A stretch of DNA of 64,000 bases from Cyanobacteriota bacterium (GTDB lineage Bacteria; Cyanobacteriota; Cyanobacteriia; Cyanobacteriales; Nostocaceae). The stretch spans positions 1-64,000 of the forward strand of contig JBJOKS010000017.1 of assembly GCA_046045965.1 (NCBI GenBank). Direction: 5' to 3'. The notes under the pieces were generated by a model. It did not search any database, was not told the origin of the DNA, and saw only the letters and a program-made list of their open reading frames with translations. This document shows, in pieces, positions 51,229 through 60,432 of the stretch (its first letter is position 1; every line of letters begins with the position of its first letter). A program made the translations under genes and the position numbers.

Positions 51229-51445
51229 TTGCAGCACTGAAGGTAAAATTTTTTGGACAATTAATAAGTGATTACTTACATTTTATTCCTGGAGATGGAA
51301 AAAGAGTTTTGTTTTATTAAAGAAATATTACGAAATATGAACTATAAATATAAATAAAGTCACCCAATCAGGTAATGACGCAACTAAGTTACAGTCATTC
51401 GTAGTACAAATAACAAAAATTCTTTTTCGGTAAATACTGAGAATT

Positions 51446-51537
51446 TACAGCAGATTGCAGATCAATGAGGTACAGAATCTAAATTGAAACCTATACACAT
51501 TCGCCTGTTTTACTCCTGACTCCTGACTCCTGCTGTA
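51446..51537. repeat. Short element with TACAGCAG/CTGCTGTA termini and (ACTCCTG)n tail
   Basis: 8-bp terminal inverted repeat; tail shared with the 56 kb elements. Confidence 0.6.
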
Positions 51538-51615
51538 CTTGAACATTATTGTTGATTATCCACGTAAAAACTTTATCAAGCTTTCAATTTACAAAATTTT
51601 AGCAGCATAATAATT

Positions 51616-53073
51616 ATGACTACATTCACAGAAATTCCACTGATTGGCAAAAACATTAAATACCCATTTCGCTGGTTAATGGGGTTAATGGCATCTGGTA
51701 TTTTGATAGTTGGTACAACCACAGCCTTAAAAATAGCGAATCCAGAAAACCGGAAACAAGATATTTCTCAACTCACTGTTCCAGTCACAGCAAAAAGCTT
51801 CACAGTGAGGATTACAGCGAGTGGGAAAGTGCAACCAGTACAAAGCGTGAATATTAGTCCCAAAAATCCGGGAATTATCACCGAGTTGGATATTGAACAG
51901 GGAGAAAAAGTCCAAAAAGGACAAATTATTGCTCGCATGGATAACTCCGAGATTAAAATGCGAATCCTGCAATTTCAAGCCAACTTAGATCAAGCCAAAG
52001 CACAATTAGCAGAGAGTCAAGCGGGGAGTCGTCCCGAAGAAATTGCCCAAGCTAAAGCCCGTGTAGCCCAAGCGGTAGCCCAGTTAGCTATAATTCGTGG
52101 GGGGAATCGTGATCAGGAAATTGATCAAGCTAGGGCGGCTGTAGATGCAGCTAAAGCGCAAGTAGAACTAACCCAAGCCAGGGTAAACCGTTATCAGGGG
52201 TTAGCTAAAGAAGGGGCTGTTTCCCAGGATACGTTAGACCAGTATATCAGTGAAGATAGAAGGGCAAAAGCCAGTTTAGAAGAAACTGAACGGCGGTTAT
52301 CGCTGCAAAAAGCTGGAAACCGTGATGAAGATATCAAAAGACAAGAAGCAGTAGTTACCCAAGAACGGGAAGCTTTGCGAAGGTTAGAAAATGGCAACCG
52401 TCCCGAAGAAATTGCCCAACTTAAAGCATCTGTAGCGGCTGCAAATGCTCAGTTAAGACAGCAGCAAGTCCAGTTGGAAGATACCATTATTCGCGCTCCT
52501 TTTGCGGGGATTGTGACTCAAAAATATGCCAATGTAGGGGCTTTTGTGACACCAACAACCTCGGCTTCTACAAGTACATCAGCAACTTCTAGTTCAATTG
52601 TGGCCTTAGCAACGGGTTTAGAAGTTTTAGCGCAAGTTCCTGAAGCTGATATTGGCAGAATTCAGCAAGGACAGCAAGTGGAAATTGTCGCTGATGCTTA
52701 TCCAGATCAAGTATTTAAAGGTCGTGTACGTTTAATAGCTCCTGAAGCGGTGGTGGAACAAGGTGTAACATCTTTTCAGGTACGGGTGGTGCTTGATAGT
52801 GGTGCAGATAAACTGCGTTCTGGCTTAAATGTAGACTTGACGTTTTTGGGCGATCGCATTAATGATGCTATTACCTTACCAACGGTAGCAATTCTCACTG
52901 AAAATGGTAAAACTGGCGTATTAATACCAGATGCAAATAATAAACCCCAGTTTCGAGAAATCATAATTGGAGCGCAAATTAAAGACGAAACTCAAGTTTT
53001 AGAAGGAGTACAAAAGGGTGATTTGATATTTATTAACCCACCGAAAGACTACAAAATTCAAAAAGCTAAATAA
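51616..53073 (+). CDS. Efflux periplasmic adaptor (HlyD/MacA family)
   Basis: ITASGKVQP, GEKVQKGQIIA, IRAPFAG, VPEADIG. Confidence 0.92.
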   Translation: MTTFTEIPLIGKNIKYPFRWLMGLMASGILIVGTTTALKIANPENRKQDISQLTVPVTAKSFTVRITASGKVQPVQSVNISPKNPGIITELDIEQGEKVQKGQIIARMDNSEIKMRILQFQANLDQAKAQLAESQAGSRPEEIAQAKARVAQAVAQLAIIRGGNRDQEIDQARAAVDAAKAQVELTQARVNRYQGLAKEGAVSQDTLDQYISEDRRAKASLEETERRLSLQKAGNRDEDIKRQEAVVTQEREALRRLENGNRPEEIAQLKASVAAANAQLRQQQVQLEDTIIRAPFAGIVTQKYANVGAFVTPTTSASTSTSATSSSIVALATGLEVLAQVPEADIGRIQQGQQVEIVADAYPDQVFKGRVRLIAPEAVVEQGVTSFQVRVVLDSGADKLRSGLNVDLTFLGDRINDAITLPTVAILTENGKTGVLIPDANNKPQFREIIIGAQIKDETQVLEGVQKGDLIFINPPKDYKIQKAK

Positions 53074-53083
53074 GAGAAAAATA

Positions 53084-54301
53084 ATGAACTTCCTAGAAAG
53101 CATCCAAATGGCAGGTAAAACCTTGCTGTCCAACAAATTGCGTAGCGCCCTAACCATGTTAGGTATTATCATTGGTAATGGGTCTGTAATTGCGATGATT
53201 GGTATTGGGGAAGGAGGACAAAAATTTGTAGCCAAGCAACTAGATTCCTTGGGACCAAATGTTTTATTTGTGATTCCTGGTAACAAAGAAACTCAACGGG
53301 TTGCTAGAAATGTTGTCAGAACTTTAGTTTTAGAAGATGCAAAAGCAATTGAAACTCAAGTACCCACAATAGCAGCTACCTCAGCAGAATTAAATAGTAG
53401 ACAGGTGGTGACATATAAAAACAGAAACACCGATGTCAATATTATTGGTACAACTCCCAGCTTTTTGAAAGTGCGTGATTTTGAAGTTGCGACAGGAAGG
53501 TTTTTCACCGACATAGATATGAAGCGCAGTAACCAAGTTGTGGTACTAGGTGCAAAATTGAAAGAAAAACTTTTTGGTGATAAAAATCCTGTAAGTCAAC
53601 AAATCAGAATCAAAAACGCCAGCTTTCAAGTAATTGGAGTGCTAACTGATAAAGGTTCAAATTTGGGTGTAAACTACGATGAATCAGCATTAGTTCCCAT
53701 TTTCACATCAGCAAATCGGCTAGTGGGAAGAACTTCTCCCTATGGATTAGAAGTAACCTACATTGTTGCTTCTGCAAAAAATGCCGATAGTGTAGATGCA
53801 GCACAATTTCAAATTACCAATTTACTCCGACAAAGACATAAATTAGTTGGTGAAGATGACTTTACAATTCGTACCCAAAAGGATGCGTTACAAACAGTAG
53901 GTCAAATTTCCAGTGCATTGACAACCATGCTGGCTGCGATCGCGGGAATTTCTTTATTTGTCGGCGGTATTGGTATTATGAATATTATGCTCGTTTCTGT
54001 CACCGAACGTACCCAAGAAATTGGCTTAAGAAAAGCTATTGGTGCTACCCAACAAGATATTTTACTTCAGTTCATAATTGAAGCAGTTATTGTTTCTGTA
54101 ATTGGCGGTTTAGTTGGTACTGCTGTTGGTGTCGGTTGCATCATTTTAGTATCGGTCCTAACTCCTTTAGAAGCAAGTATTTCCATTGTTTCAATTACAA
54201 TGGCTGTTGGTATTTCTGGGGGAATTGGTTTATTTTTTGGCGTATTTCCCGCTCGTCGTGCTGCACAACTTGATCCAATTGTGGCATTAAGAAGCGCATG
54301 A
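53084..54301 (+). CDS. MacB/FtsX-type ABC permease
   Basis: NKLRSALTMLGIIIG, VGGIGIMNIMLVSVTERTQEIG, PARRAAQLDP. Confidence 0.93.
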   Translation: MNFLESIQMAGKTLLSNKLRSALTMLGIIIGNGSVIAMIGIGEGGQKFVAKQLDSLGPNVLFVIPGNKETQRVARNVVRTLVLEDAKAIETQVPTIAATSAELNSRQVVTYKNRNTDVNIIGTTPSFLKVRDFEVATGRFFTDIDMKRSNQVVVLGAKLKEKLFGDKNPVSQQIRIKNASFQVIGVLTDKGSNLGVNYDESALVPIFTSANRLVGRTSPYGLEVTYIVASAKNADSVDAAQFQITNLLRQRHKLVGEDDFTIRTQKDALQTVGQISSALTTMLAAIAGISLFVGGIGIMNIMLVSVTERTQEIGLRKAIGATQQDILLQFIIEAVIVSVIGGLVGTAVGVGCIILVSVLTPLEASISIVSITMAVGISGGIGLFFGVFPARRAAQLDPIVALRSA

Positions 54302-54312
54302 ATAATTTAAAA

Positions 54313-54494
54313 TCTCTGAATCAGGATTTCCAGGATTTAAGGATTTACAGGATGTTATATTAAATGGCTATTAAATAGCATCAAATCTCAATTGTAATTG
54401 AACGCAGATGAACGCAGATGAACGCAGATAAATATTTTCTGATGCAATTATGTGTCTGAATCAGGATTTACATGATTTAAGGATTTGCATGATT
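54313..54494. repeat. Clustered short repeats (AGGATTT-type x2 modules; AACGCAGATG x3)
   Basis: TCTGAATCAGGATTT modules near 54315 and 54455; decamer triplet at 54401-54430. Confidence 0.75.
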
Positions 54495-54642
54495 GAACGA
54501 TTTAGATGATTAGAGAATTTTTGGACATATTGTATATATAAATGTGGATTTGGGAAAATAGCGGTTTTTTAAAATGTCACTGTCAATTCTTAAATCCTGA
54601 ATGATTCTGCCAAAAAACTATTTAAAAAAAGGATCAATCTCC

Positions 54643-55407
54643 ATGTCTAATACTCTCACTGTTAACGATTCTAGTATTACTAATCCTGCGCGAAAATCAG
54701 AAATTATTTGTTTGGAGAACATCTTGAAAATTTATGGTAGTGGTGAAACCGAAGTCAAAGCACTAAATGATATCAACTTAGTTATAAAAGCTGGCGAATA
54801 TTGTGCAATTATGGGACCTTCCGGTTCGGGAAAATCTACAGCCATGAATATTATCGGTTGTTTAGATCGTCCTAGTTCGGGAAATTATTATTTAGATAAT
54901 CTGAATGTAGCCCAAATCAGTGATACAGAATTAGCACATATTCGTAATAAAAAACTGGGGTTTGTCTTTCAACAATTCCATTTATTAACCCAATTGACAG
55001 CTTTGGAAAATGTCATGTTACCAATGGTGTATGCTGGTGTTAAACCTGGGGAAAGAAAAGAACGCGCTACAGAAGCATTAATCAAAGTCGGGTTAGAAAA
55101 ACAACTCAACAATAAACCTACCCAACTATCAGGAGGACAACAACAAAGAGTAGCGATCGCTCGTGCAATTGTCAACCGTCCAGTTGTGCTTTTAGCTGAT
55201 GAACCCACCGGCGCACTTGACTCTCGCACAACTCAAGAAGTTTTAGATATTTTTGGTGAATTAAATAGCAGTGGAATTACAGTTGTCATGGTGACTCACG
55301 AAACAGAAGTTGCTCGTCAAACTAAACGCATTGTTTGGTTTCGTGATGGTGAAGTTGTACATTCTCATCTCACTCCAGAAGAGTTACATCAGCTTGTAGT
55401 TTCTTGA
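54643..55407 (+). CDS. ABC transporter ATP-binding protein (LolD/MacB-like)
   Basis: [27 protein letters not shown]. Confidence 0.95.
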   Translation: MSNTLTVNDSSITNPARKSEIICLENILKIYGSGETEVKALNDINLVIKAGEYCAIMGPSGSGKSTAMNIIGCLDRPSSGNYYLDNLNVAQISDTELAHIRNKKLGFVFQQFHLLTQLTALENVMLPMVYAGVKPGERKERATEALIKVGLEKQLNNKPTQLSGGQQQRVAIARAIVNRPVVLLADEPTGALDSRTTQEVLDIFGELNSSGITVVMVTHETEVARQTKRIVWFRDGEVVHSHLTPEELHQLVVS

Positions 55408-55601
55408 TGAAAGGTTAAAAGAATGAAGAATTTAGAATGAAGAATTTAGAATTTAGAATTTAGAATTTAGAATTTAGAATGTAAAATTACGTTTTGCAAT
55501 GGGGATTTTACCTCGACGCAAAACCCGCTGCTTGTAGAAGGAAGCAGGGGAATTTCACCCCCAAAGGTAAGTTAAAATAAACAAGATATTAAAAAACCAT
55601 C

Positions 55602-56015
55602 ATGCTGCAAATTACCAATAAAACTATCATCCCGATGAGCGAAATCAGTATTACTGCAATTCGTTCTCAAGGTGCAGGTGGTCAAAATGTCAATAAAGTT
55701 GCTACCGCAATTCATTTGCGTTTCGATATTAACGCTTCATCCCTATCACCACTTTACAAAGAACGGCTGCTCAATTTGGGAGATAAACGGATCACAAAAG
55801 ATGGGATAATTATCATTAAAGCCCAGCAGCATCGTACCCAAGAACAGAATAAAGAAGACGCTCTCAACCGTCTCCAAACTTTACTCAAAAGCGTCACCAT
55901 CACCAACCCAAAACGCAAGCCCACAAAACCCTCACGCCGCGCTCAAAATAAACGCATTGACAGCAAAACCAAGCGCGGCGAAATTAAAGCTCTACGAGGT
56001 AAAATTACAGATTGA
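55602..56015 (+). CDS. arfB: Alternative ribosome rescue peptidyl-tRNA hydrolase
   Basis: RSQGAGGQNVNK GGQ motif and basic tail. Confidence 0.93.
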   Translation: MLQITNKTIIPMSEISITAIRSQGAGGQNVNKVATAIHLRFDINASSLSPLYKERLLNLGDKRITKDGIIIIKAQQHRTQEQNKEDALNRLQTLLKSVTITNPKRKPTKPSRRAQNKRIDSKTKRGEIKALRGKITD

Positions 56016-56024
56016 GCTTTGAAT

Positions 56025-56129
<105 letters not shown>

Positions 56130-56130
56130 T

Positions 56131-56664
56131 CTACAAACTCGAAGTTTTGCCTGTTTCTGCTTGCGTCGCAATTGGCTTGACATCGCTATAACCCATCTGA
56201 CCTGCAATAGTCCTTAAAACAGAAATTTGACCTTCAAAATCTATTTCTTCAATTTGAGCAAGTAAATCATTAATTGCCTCAGTTGAGTCATAATTATCTG
56301 GCATTCCCACTACTGTATCACCCATAGCTTCTGCCCAAACATACCAAATGAACAACTGATTATTTTCTTTTAATGCCCCATAAGCACGAGAATAGTTTGT
56401 ATCCTTACAGTCAACTATATCCCGCATAATTGCTAGTTGTTCATCATCCGATAATTGTAAATAATCTCCTACCAACATGGGAGCTAATTCTGGTTCTGCG
56501 GCTGAGGGAGCAGGGGGAGTAATGGTATCACCCATTTTTTCATACACAAAATATAGCCAAGCTAATTTAGCATCAGTATCTAAGGCATTAAATTCTTCTA
56601 CTAAATTTCGAGTTTCTTGGCTCTGCGCTTGATGAGAAATAGTTTTATTGTAACTCGCAGTCAT
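56131..56664 (-). CDS. Helical carotenoid protein (OCP N-terminal domain homolog)
   Basis: KLAWLYF, ITPPAP, SRAYGAL..NNQLFIWY. Confidence 0.85.
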   Translation of the reverse strand: MTASYNKTISHQAQSQETRNLVEEFNALDTDAKLAWLYFVYEKMGDTITPPAPSAAEPELAPMLVGDYLQLSDDEQLAIMRDIVDCKDTNYSRAYGALKENNQLFIWYVWAEAMGDTVVGMPDNYDSTEAINDLLAQIEEIDFEGQISVLRTIAGQMGYSDVKPIATQAETGKTSSL

Positions 56665-56798
56665 AATTAATCCTCAGAGTAATTCAACAGTTAAGACTTA
56701 CAGGATTATCAAATTTTTATCATTATGATCTACTACCACAAGCAGGATATTTAGTAATTAGCTAATTTAGTTATTCTCTACCCTGCAATATAGGCTGA

Positions 56799-56889
56799 TA
56801 TAGCCGTGGACAGGGTGCTTAGGACATCAATTGATAATGAAACTGCCACTACAAGAAGGTTTTACTCCTGACTCCTGACTCCTGCTATA
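56799..56889 (-). repeat. ~91-bp dispersed element, copy B (inverted)
   Basis: Inverted copy of 56025-56129 with two fewer heptamers. Confidence 0.88.
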
Positions 56890-56970
56890 TCTCTCTGATG
56901 GCACAAGATGTTAGTAAATTATTTTGCTAAACTTGCTCCAGCAAGATAAATATTAATTAAGGTTTTAGTT

Positions 56971-57348
56971 ATGCCTGATAAAGTGCAGCCTAATCTCAAT
57001 GAAACTTCCACCCATGATGCACAATTAGCTGCTGAACAAATAGTTAAAGGTGAAGAAAAAGCACCCAAGGTAGATTTTGAAGCTGATTATGCAGCTGCAC
57101 AGCAATTTAGTGTCAGTGAAATTGACCGCACAGGTGAAGGAAAAACTGCTGCTGAAGCGGCCACTGCACCTAAATATGAAATCCCTAAACCAGAAGCAAC
57201 CCAAACTGAAGGGCAGTCAACAGGAAATCCTGATGATTATGTAGAGATGGCAAAAGAAATTGGTGCTTCTAGAGATGAAGCTGTGACTAATGTTAGTGAT
57301 GATTTAGTACAACAAGCTTTGCAAAAGTCTCAAGCTTCTCAGAAGTAA
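56971..57348 (+). CDS. Hypothetical acidic protein
   Basis: Open frame with AAGG RBS; no recognisable domain. Confidence 0.65.
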   Translation: MPDKVQPNLNETSTHDAQLAAEQIVKGEEKAPKVDFEADYAAAQQFSVSEIDRTGEGKTAAEAATAPKYEIPKPEATQTEGQSTGNPDDYVEMAKEIGASRDEAVTNVSDDLVQQALQKSQASQK

Positions 57349-57417
57349 TTCAACTACATATTTAACACATCAAAAACTTATTTTCAGCTAATGCTCAACC
57401 TCAATAGGGTTGGGCTT

Positions 57418-58053
57418 TTAGCAATTTTTCACCACATCCAATAATTCACTAGGATGATGAATCAAAAAATCTGGATTTTGTTTAGCTAGTGCTTCTGGAG
57501 AATTGAACCCCCAACTTACTGCAACTACTTTGATATTAGCTTTTTTAGCAGCTTCTATATCTCTGGTTTCATCTCCTACATAAATAACTGTTTGGGGTTT
57601 AAGCTGTCTTTGCCTTAATACATTATTAATTATCGTTGTTTTGCCAAAAATTGTTACTCCTGAATATATAAATTCAAAGAGATAATTTAAGCCATGAGAC
57701 TTGAGAAATTCAGTCACGTTTTCTTGAGAATTAGAAGTAATAATTCCCAGTCTATATCCTTGTTGATTAAGTTCTATTAACGCCTCTTTCATCCCAAATA
57801 TAGGTTCTAATTCAGGGATTTTACTCTTTAACTCGGATTTCACTTTTTTGACTAAAAAAGGTATTTTCAATAGAGATACACCTGAATATTTAATAATTTC
57901 CCTAGAGGTTAAATTCCTTAAAAGAGTAAGTTCATTAGCAGTAATTTGTATATAACCAAATTCTACAGCTAACCGATTAGCAATACTGACAAGAGCATCT
58001 ACTGTATCTGCAATTGTGCCATCAAAATCAAAGATTATTACTTTCTGGGTCAT
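57418..58053 (-). CDS. HAD-family hydrolase (phosphoglycolate phosphatase-like)
   Basis: FDFDGT, ITSN, YVGDETRD. Confidence 0.9.
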   Translation of the reverse strand: MTQKVIIFDFDGTIADTVDALVSIANRLAVEFGYIQITANELTLLRNLTSREIIKYSGVSLLKIPFLVKKVKSELKSKIPELEPIFGMKEALIELNQQGYRLGIITSNSQENVTEFLKSHGLNYLFEFIYSGVTIFGKTTIINNVLRQRQLKPQTVIYVGDETRDIEAAKKANIKVVAVSWGFNSPEALAKQNPDFLIHHPSELLDVVKNC

Positions 58054-58999
58054 TCTTTAGCCTAGATGCGTCAAGATTAGCACGAGCATTTCTTCGTAAC
58101 ATTTCTGGTTTAATGCGTCGCAAGGCTGATGCTGGAAATCGTTTATCCCACTCCTCATCTGTGATTTGCGCTAATTCTACCAGCTTGGGTGCTAAATTTT
58201 CAGGATATGGTTGAAAATCTGTAACATCAGTTATTTGAGAAAAACGCTGATTCCAAGGACATACATCTTGACAAATATCACAACCTGCTACCCAACCTTG
58301 TAAATGGGGTTTTACTTGTTCTGGCAATGTTTCTGCCCGATTTTCAATGGTATGATAGGCAATACACTTGTTAGCATCGACTACAAATGGCTGAGTAATT
58401 GCCCTTGTAGGACAAGCTTCTATACATCTTGTACAAGTACCACAATGTTGTGTAGCTGGGCGATCGGTCTCTAATTCTAGATTAGTTAATACTTCTCCCA
58501 AAAATACCCAAGAGCCATACTCCCTAGTAATTACATTACCATTTTTCGCAATCCAACCAATACCAGCTTTTTGCGCCCAAACTTTATCTTGCACTGGTCC
58601 TGTGTCTGCATAATATCTAGCTTTTATGCCTTCATCTTGTGATTCTAACCAGGTAGCTAGTTGCTTCAGCTTCTTGTGCAGTATCTTATGATAGTCTCTT
58701 CCCCAACCATAACGGGAAATTTTGGCGTATTCTTCACCTTCTGGACGTTGGTGTGGTGTGTAATAATTCAGTGCCACACACACAAGCGATCGCACTTCCG
58801 GCATCACTAAACTAACATCTTGGCGTTTCGGGTTTCCCATCCATTCCATATCGGCGTGATAACCCATTGCTATCCATGCTTGCAACCTTTGAGTTTCTGT
58901 AGCGTCTACCCCTTCTACAGCAACAATACCTGCTTTGTGAAAGCCTAGCTCTTTAGCTTTCTCTTTGATGGCGCTGCTAGTTAAAGCACACTCATTCAT
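58028..58999 (-). CDS. queG: Epoxyqueuosine reductase
   Basis: SRYGWGRDYH, CGTCTRCIEACPT, GCDICQDVCPWN. Confidence 0.95.
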   Translation of the reverse strand: MNECALTSSAIKEKAKELGFHKAGIVAVEGVDATETQRLQAWIAMGYHADMEWMGNPKRQDVSLVMPEVRSLVCVALNYYTPHQRPEGEEYAKISRYGWGRDYHKILHKKLKQLATWLESQDEGIKARYYADTGPVQDKVWAQKAGIGWIAKNGNVITREYGSWVFLGEVLTNLELETDRPATQHCGTCTRCIEACPTRAITQPFVVDANKCIAYHTIENRAETLPEQVKPHLQGWVAGCDICQDVCPWNQRFSQITDVTDFQPYPENLAPKLVELAQITDEEWDKRFPASALRRIKPEMLRRNARANLDASRLKNDPESNNL

Positions 59000-59216
59000 T
59001 TTGCTGCTCTTAAATTTTGCCAGTTGGCTGCTCTGCGATTATACACGATGTCATCAATACATTCATTTGATTTTGCTACCCTAACTATATGTAAATTTTA
59101 TTTGCAATTTGTTAAGAAATAATGCAGAATAGTTGACAAGAGGTCAAGCAACCCAGAGTGATGCCAGCCTCCCACTGATTAACAACCGACTTAGTTAATA
59201 AACTGTGGTGAACATA

Positions 59217-59738
59217 ATGACTTTCACTTCTGACTCAGCTTCAACCCGCTTATCCCAAGCTTTCAACTACAGCAACCAAACAATTGATGCTGTCACTTCA
59301 ACCGTTGCTGTCTTTAAAGCTCTCAGCGGGGATGACCAACTAGCAGTATTGTGGTACGCTTACACAGAAATGGGTAAATTCATTACCCCAGCCGCTACAG
59401 GTGCAGCTAGATTGCAATTAGCAGAAGGTTTATTGAATCAAATCAAACAAATGTCAAATGCAGAGCAGTTAGAAGCGATGCGTGACTTAGCTGCTCAAAG
59501 AAATACTCAAGTTTCTCGTGCTTACGGAATTCTCAGTGCTAACACCAAGTTAGCTTTCTGGTACGAATTAGCAGAATTAATGGCTAAGGGTTTTGTAGTA
59601 CCTGTACCACCAGGTTATCAGATTTCTCGTGATGGCGCACAAGTGTTAAAAACACTCCAAGAATTAGATTTCGGTCAACAAATAACTGTTTTCCGTAAAG
59701 TAGTCACAGATATGGGTGTTGATCCCCTAGCTGACTAA
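59217..59738 (+). CDS. Helical carotenoid protein (OCP N-terminal domain homolog)
   Basis: DQLAVLWY, ITPAATGAA, SRAYGILSANTKLAFWY, GQQIT, MGVDP. Confidence 0.9.
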   Translation: MTFTSDSASTRLSQAFNYSNQTIDAVTSTVAVFKALSGDDQLAVLWYAYTEMGKFITPAATGAARLQLAEGLLNQIKQMSNAEQLEAMRDLAAQRNTQVSRAYGILSANTKLAFWYELAELMAKGFVVPVPPGYQISRDGAQVLKTLQELDFGQQITVFRKVVTDMGVDPLAD

Positions 59739-59813
59739 TAATTGATTTTCTCCCAACCTCAATGTCTTTTTAAATTTTTATTCCCAGGTAATTACTTGGG
59801 AATAATTTATTTA

Positions 59814-59847
<34 letters not shown>

Positions 59848-59898
59848 GAAAATTAACAATTAACAATTACCAATTACCAATTACCAGCGATTAAAAAT

Positions 59899-60321
59899 AT
59901 GAATATTACTATTGAAGGAATTACAGAACCAAATATATTGCATTATTTTACGACTTTAAACGCAGGTGATTTTACAAATACTGCGGAATTATTTGCTGAA
60001 GATGGTGTGATGTATCCACCTTTAGAGTCTGCTGTTATCGGACGAGATGCTATACTCAGCTATCTTAATCAAGAAGCGCAAGATATTAAAGCCGAACCCC
60101 AGCAAGGAATTACTGAAAATTTGGATCATAACCATCTTCAAATTCAAATCACAGGTAAAGCACACACTTCTTGGTGTAGTGTTAACGTGATGTGGTTGTT
60201 TATTCTCAACCCACAACGGGAAATTTTAGAAGCAAAAATCAAACTTTTAGCTTCACCCCAAGATTTACTTTCTCTACGGCCACCAAACAAAGAATATACA
60301 ATCATACCTTCAGAAGAATAG
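59899..60321 (+). CDS. CTDH (OCP C-terminal domain homolog, NTF2-like)
   Basis: IEGITEP..YFTTLNAGDF, LLASPQDLL; adjacent to an HCP gene. Confidence 0.85.
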   Translation: MNITIEGITEPNILHYFTTLNAGDFTNTAELFAEDGVMYPPLESAVIGRDAILSYLNQEAQDIKAEPQQGITENLDHNHLQIQITGKAHTSWCSVNVMWLFILNPQREILEAKIKLLASPQDLLSLRPPNKEYTIIPSEE

Positions 60322-60376
60322 TGTCATATCAATTCACAAAAATCCTGAAATTAACCACAGTAAAATTGTATGAGTC

Positions 60377-60401
60377 AGGTGGGAAATACCCACCTTTTTT
60401 T
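60377..60401 (+). terminator. Intrinsic terminator
   Basis: AGGTGGG-AAATA-CCCACCT followed by a T run. Confidence 0.75.
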
Positions 60402-60432
60402 GTCTCACACCCCCAAAGCAGAGACCCGGAGA

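Noticed and set aside
54313..54494. Repeats as a CRISPR array
   Set aside because: Units of 8-10 bp without unique ~35-bp spacers; no cas genes. No CRISPR array was seen anywhere in the window
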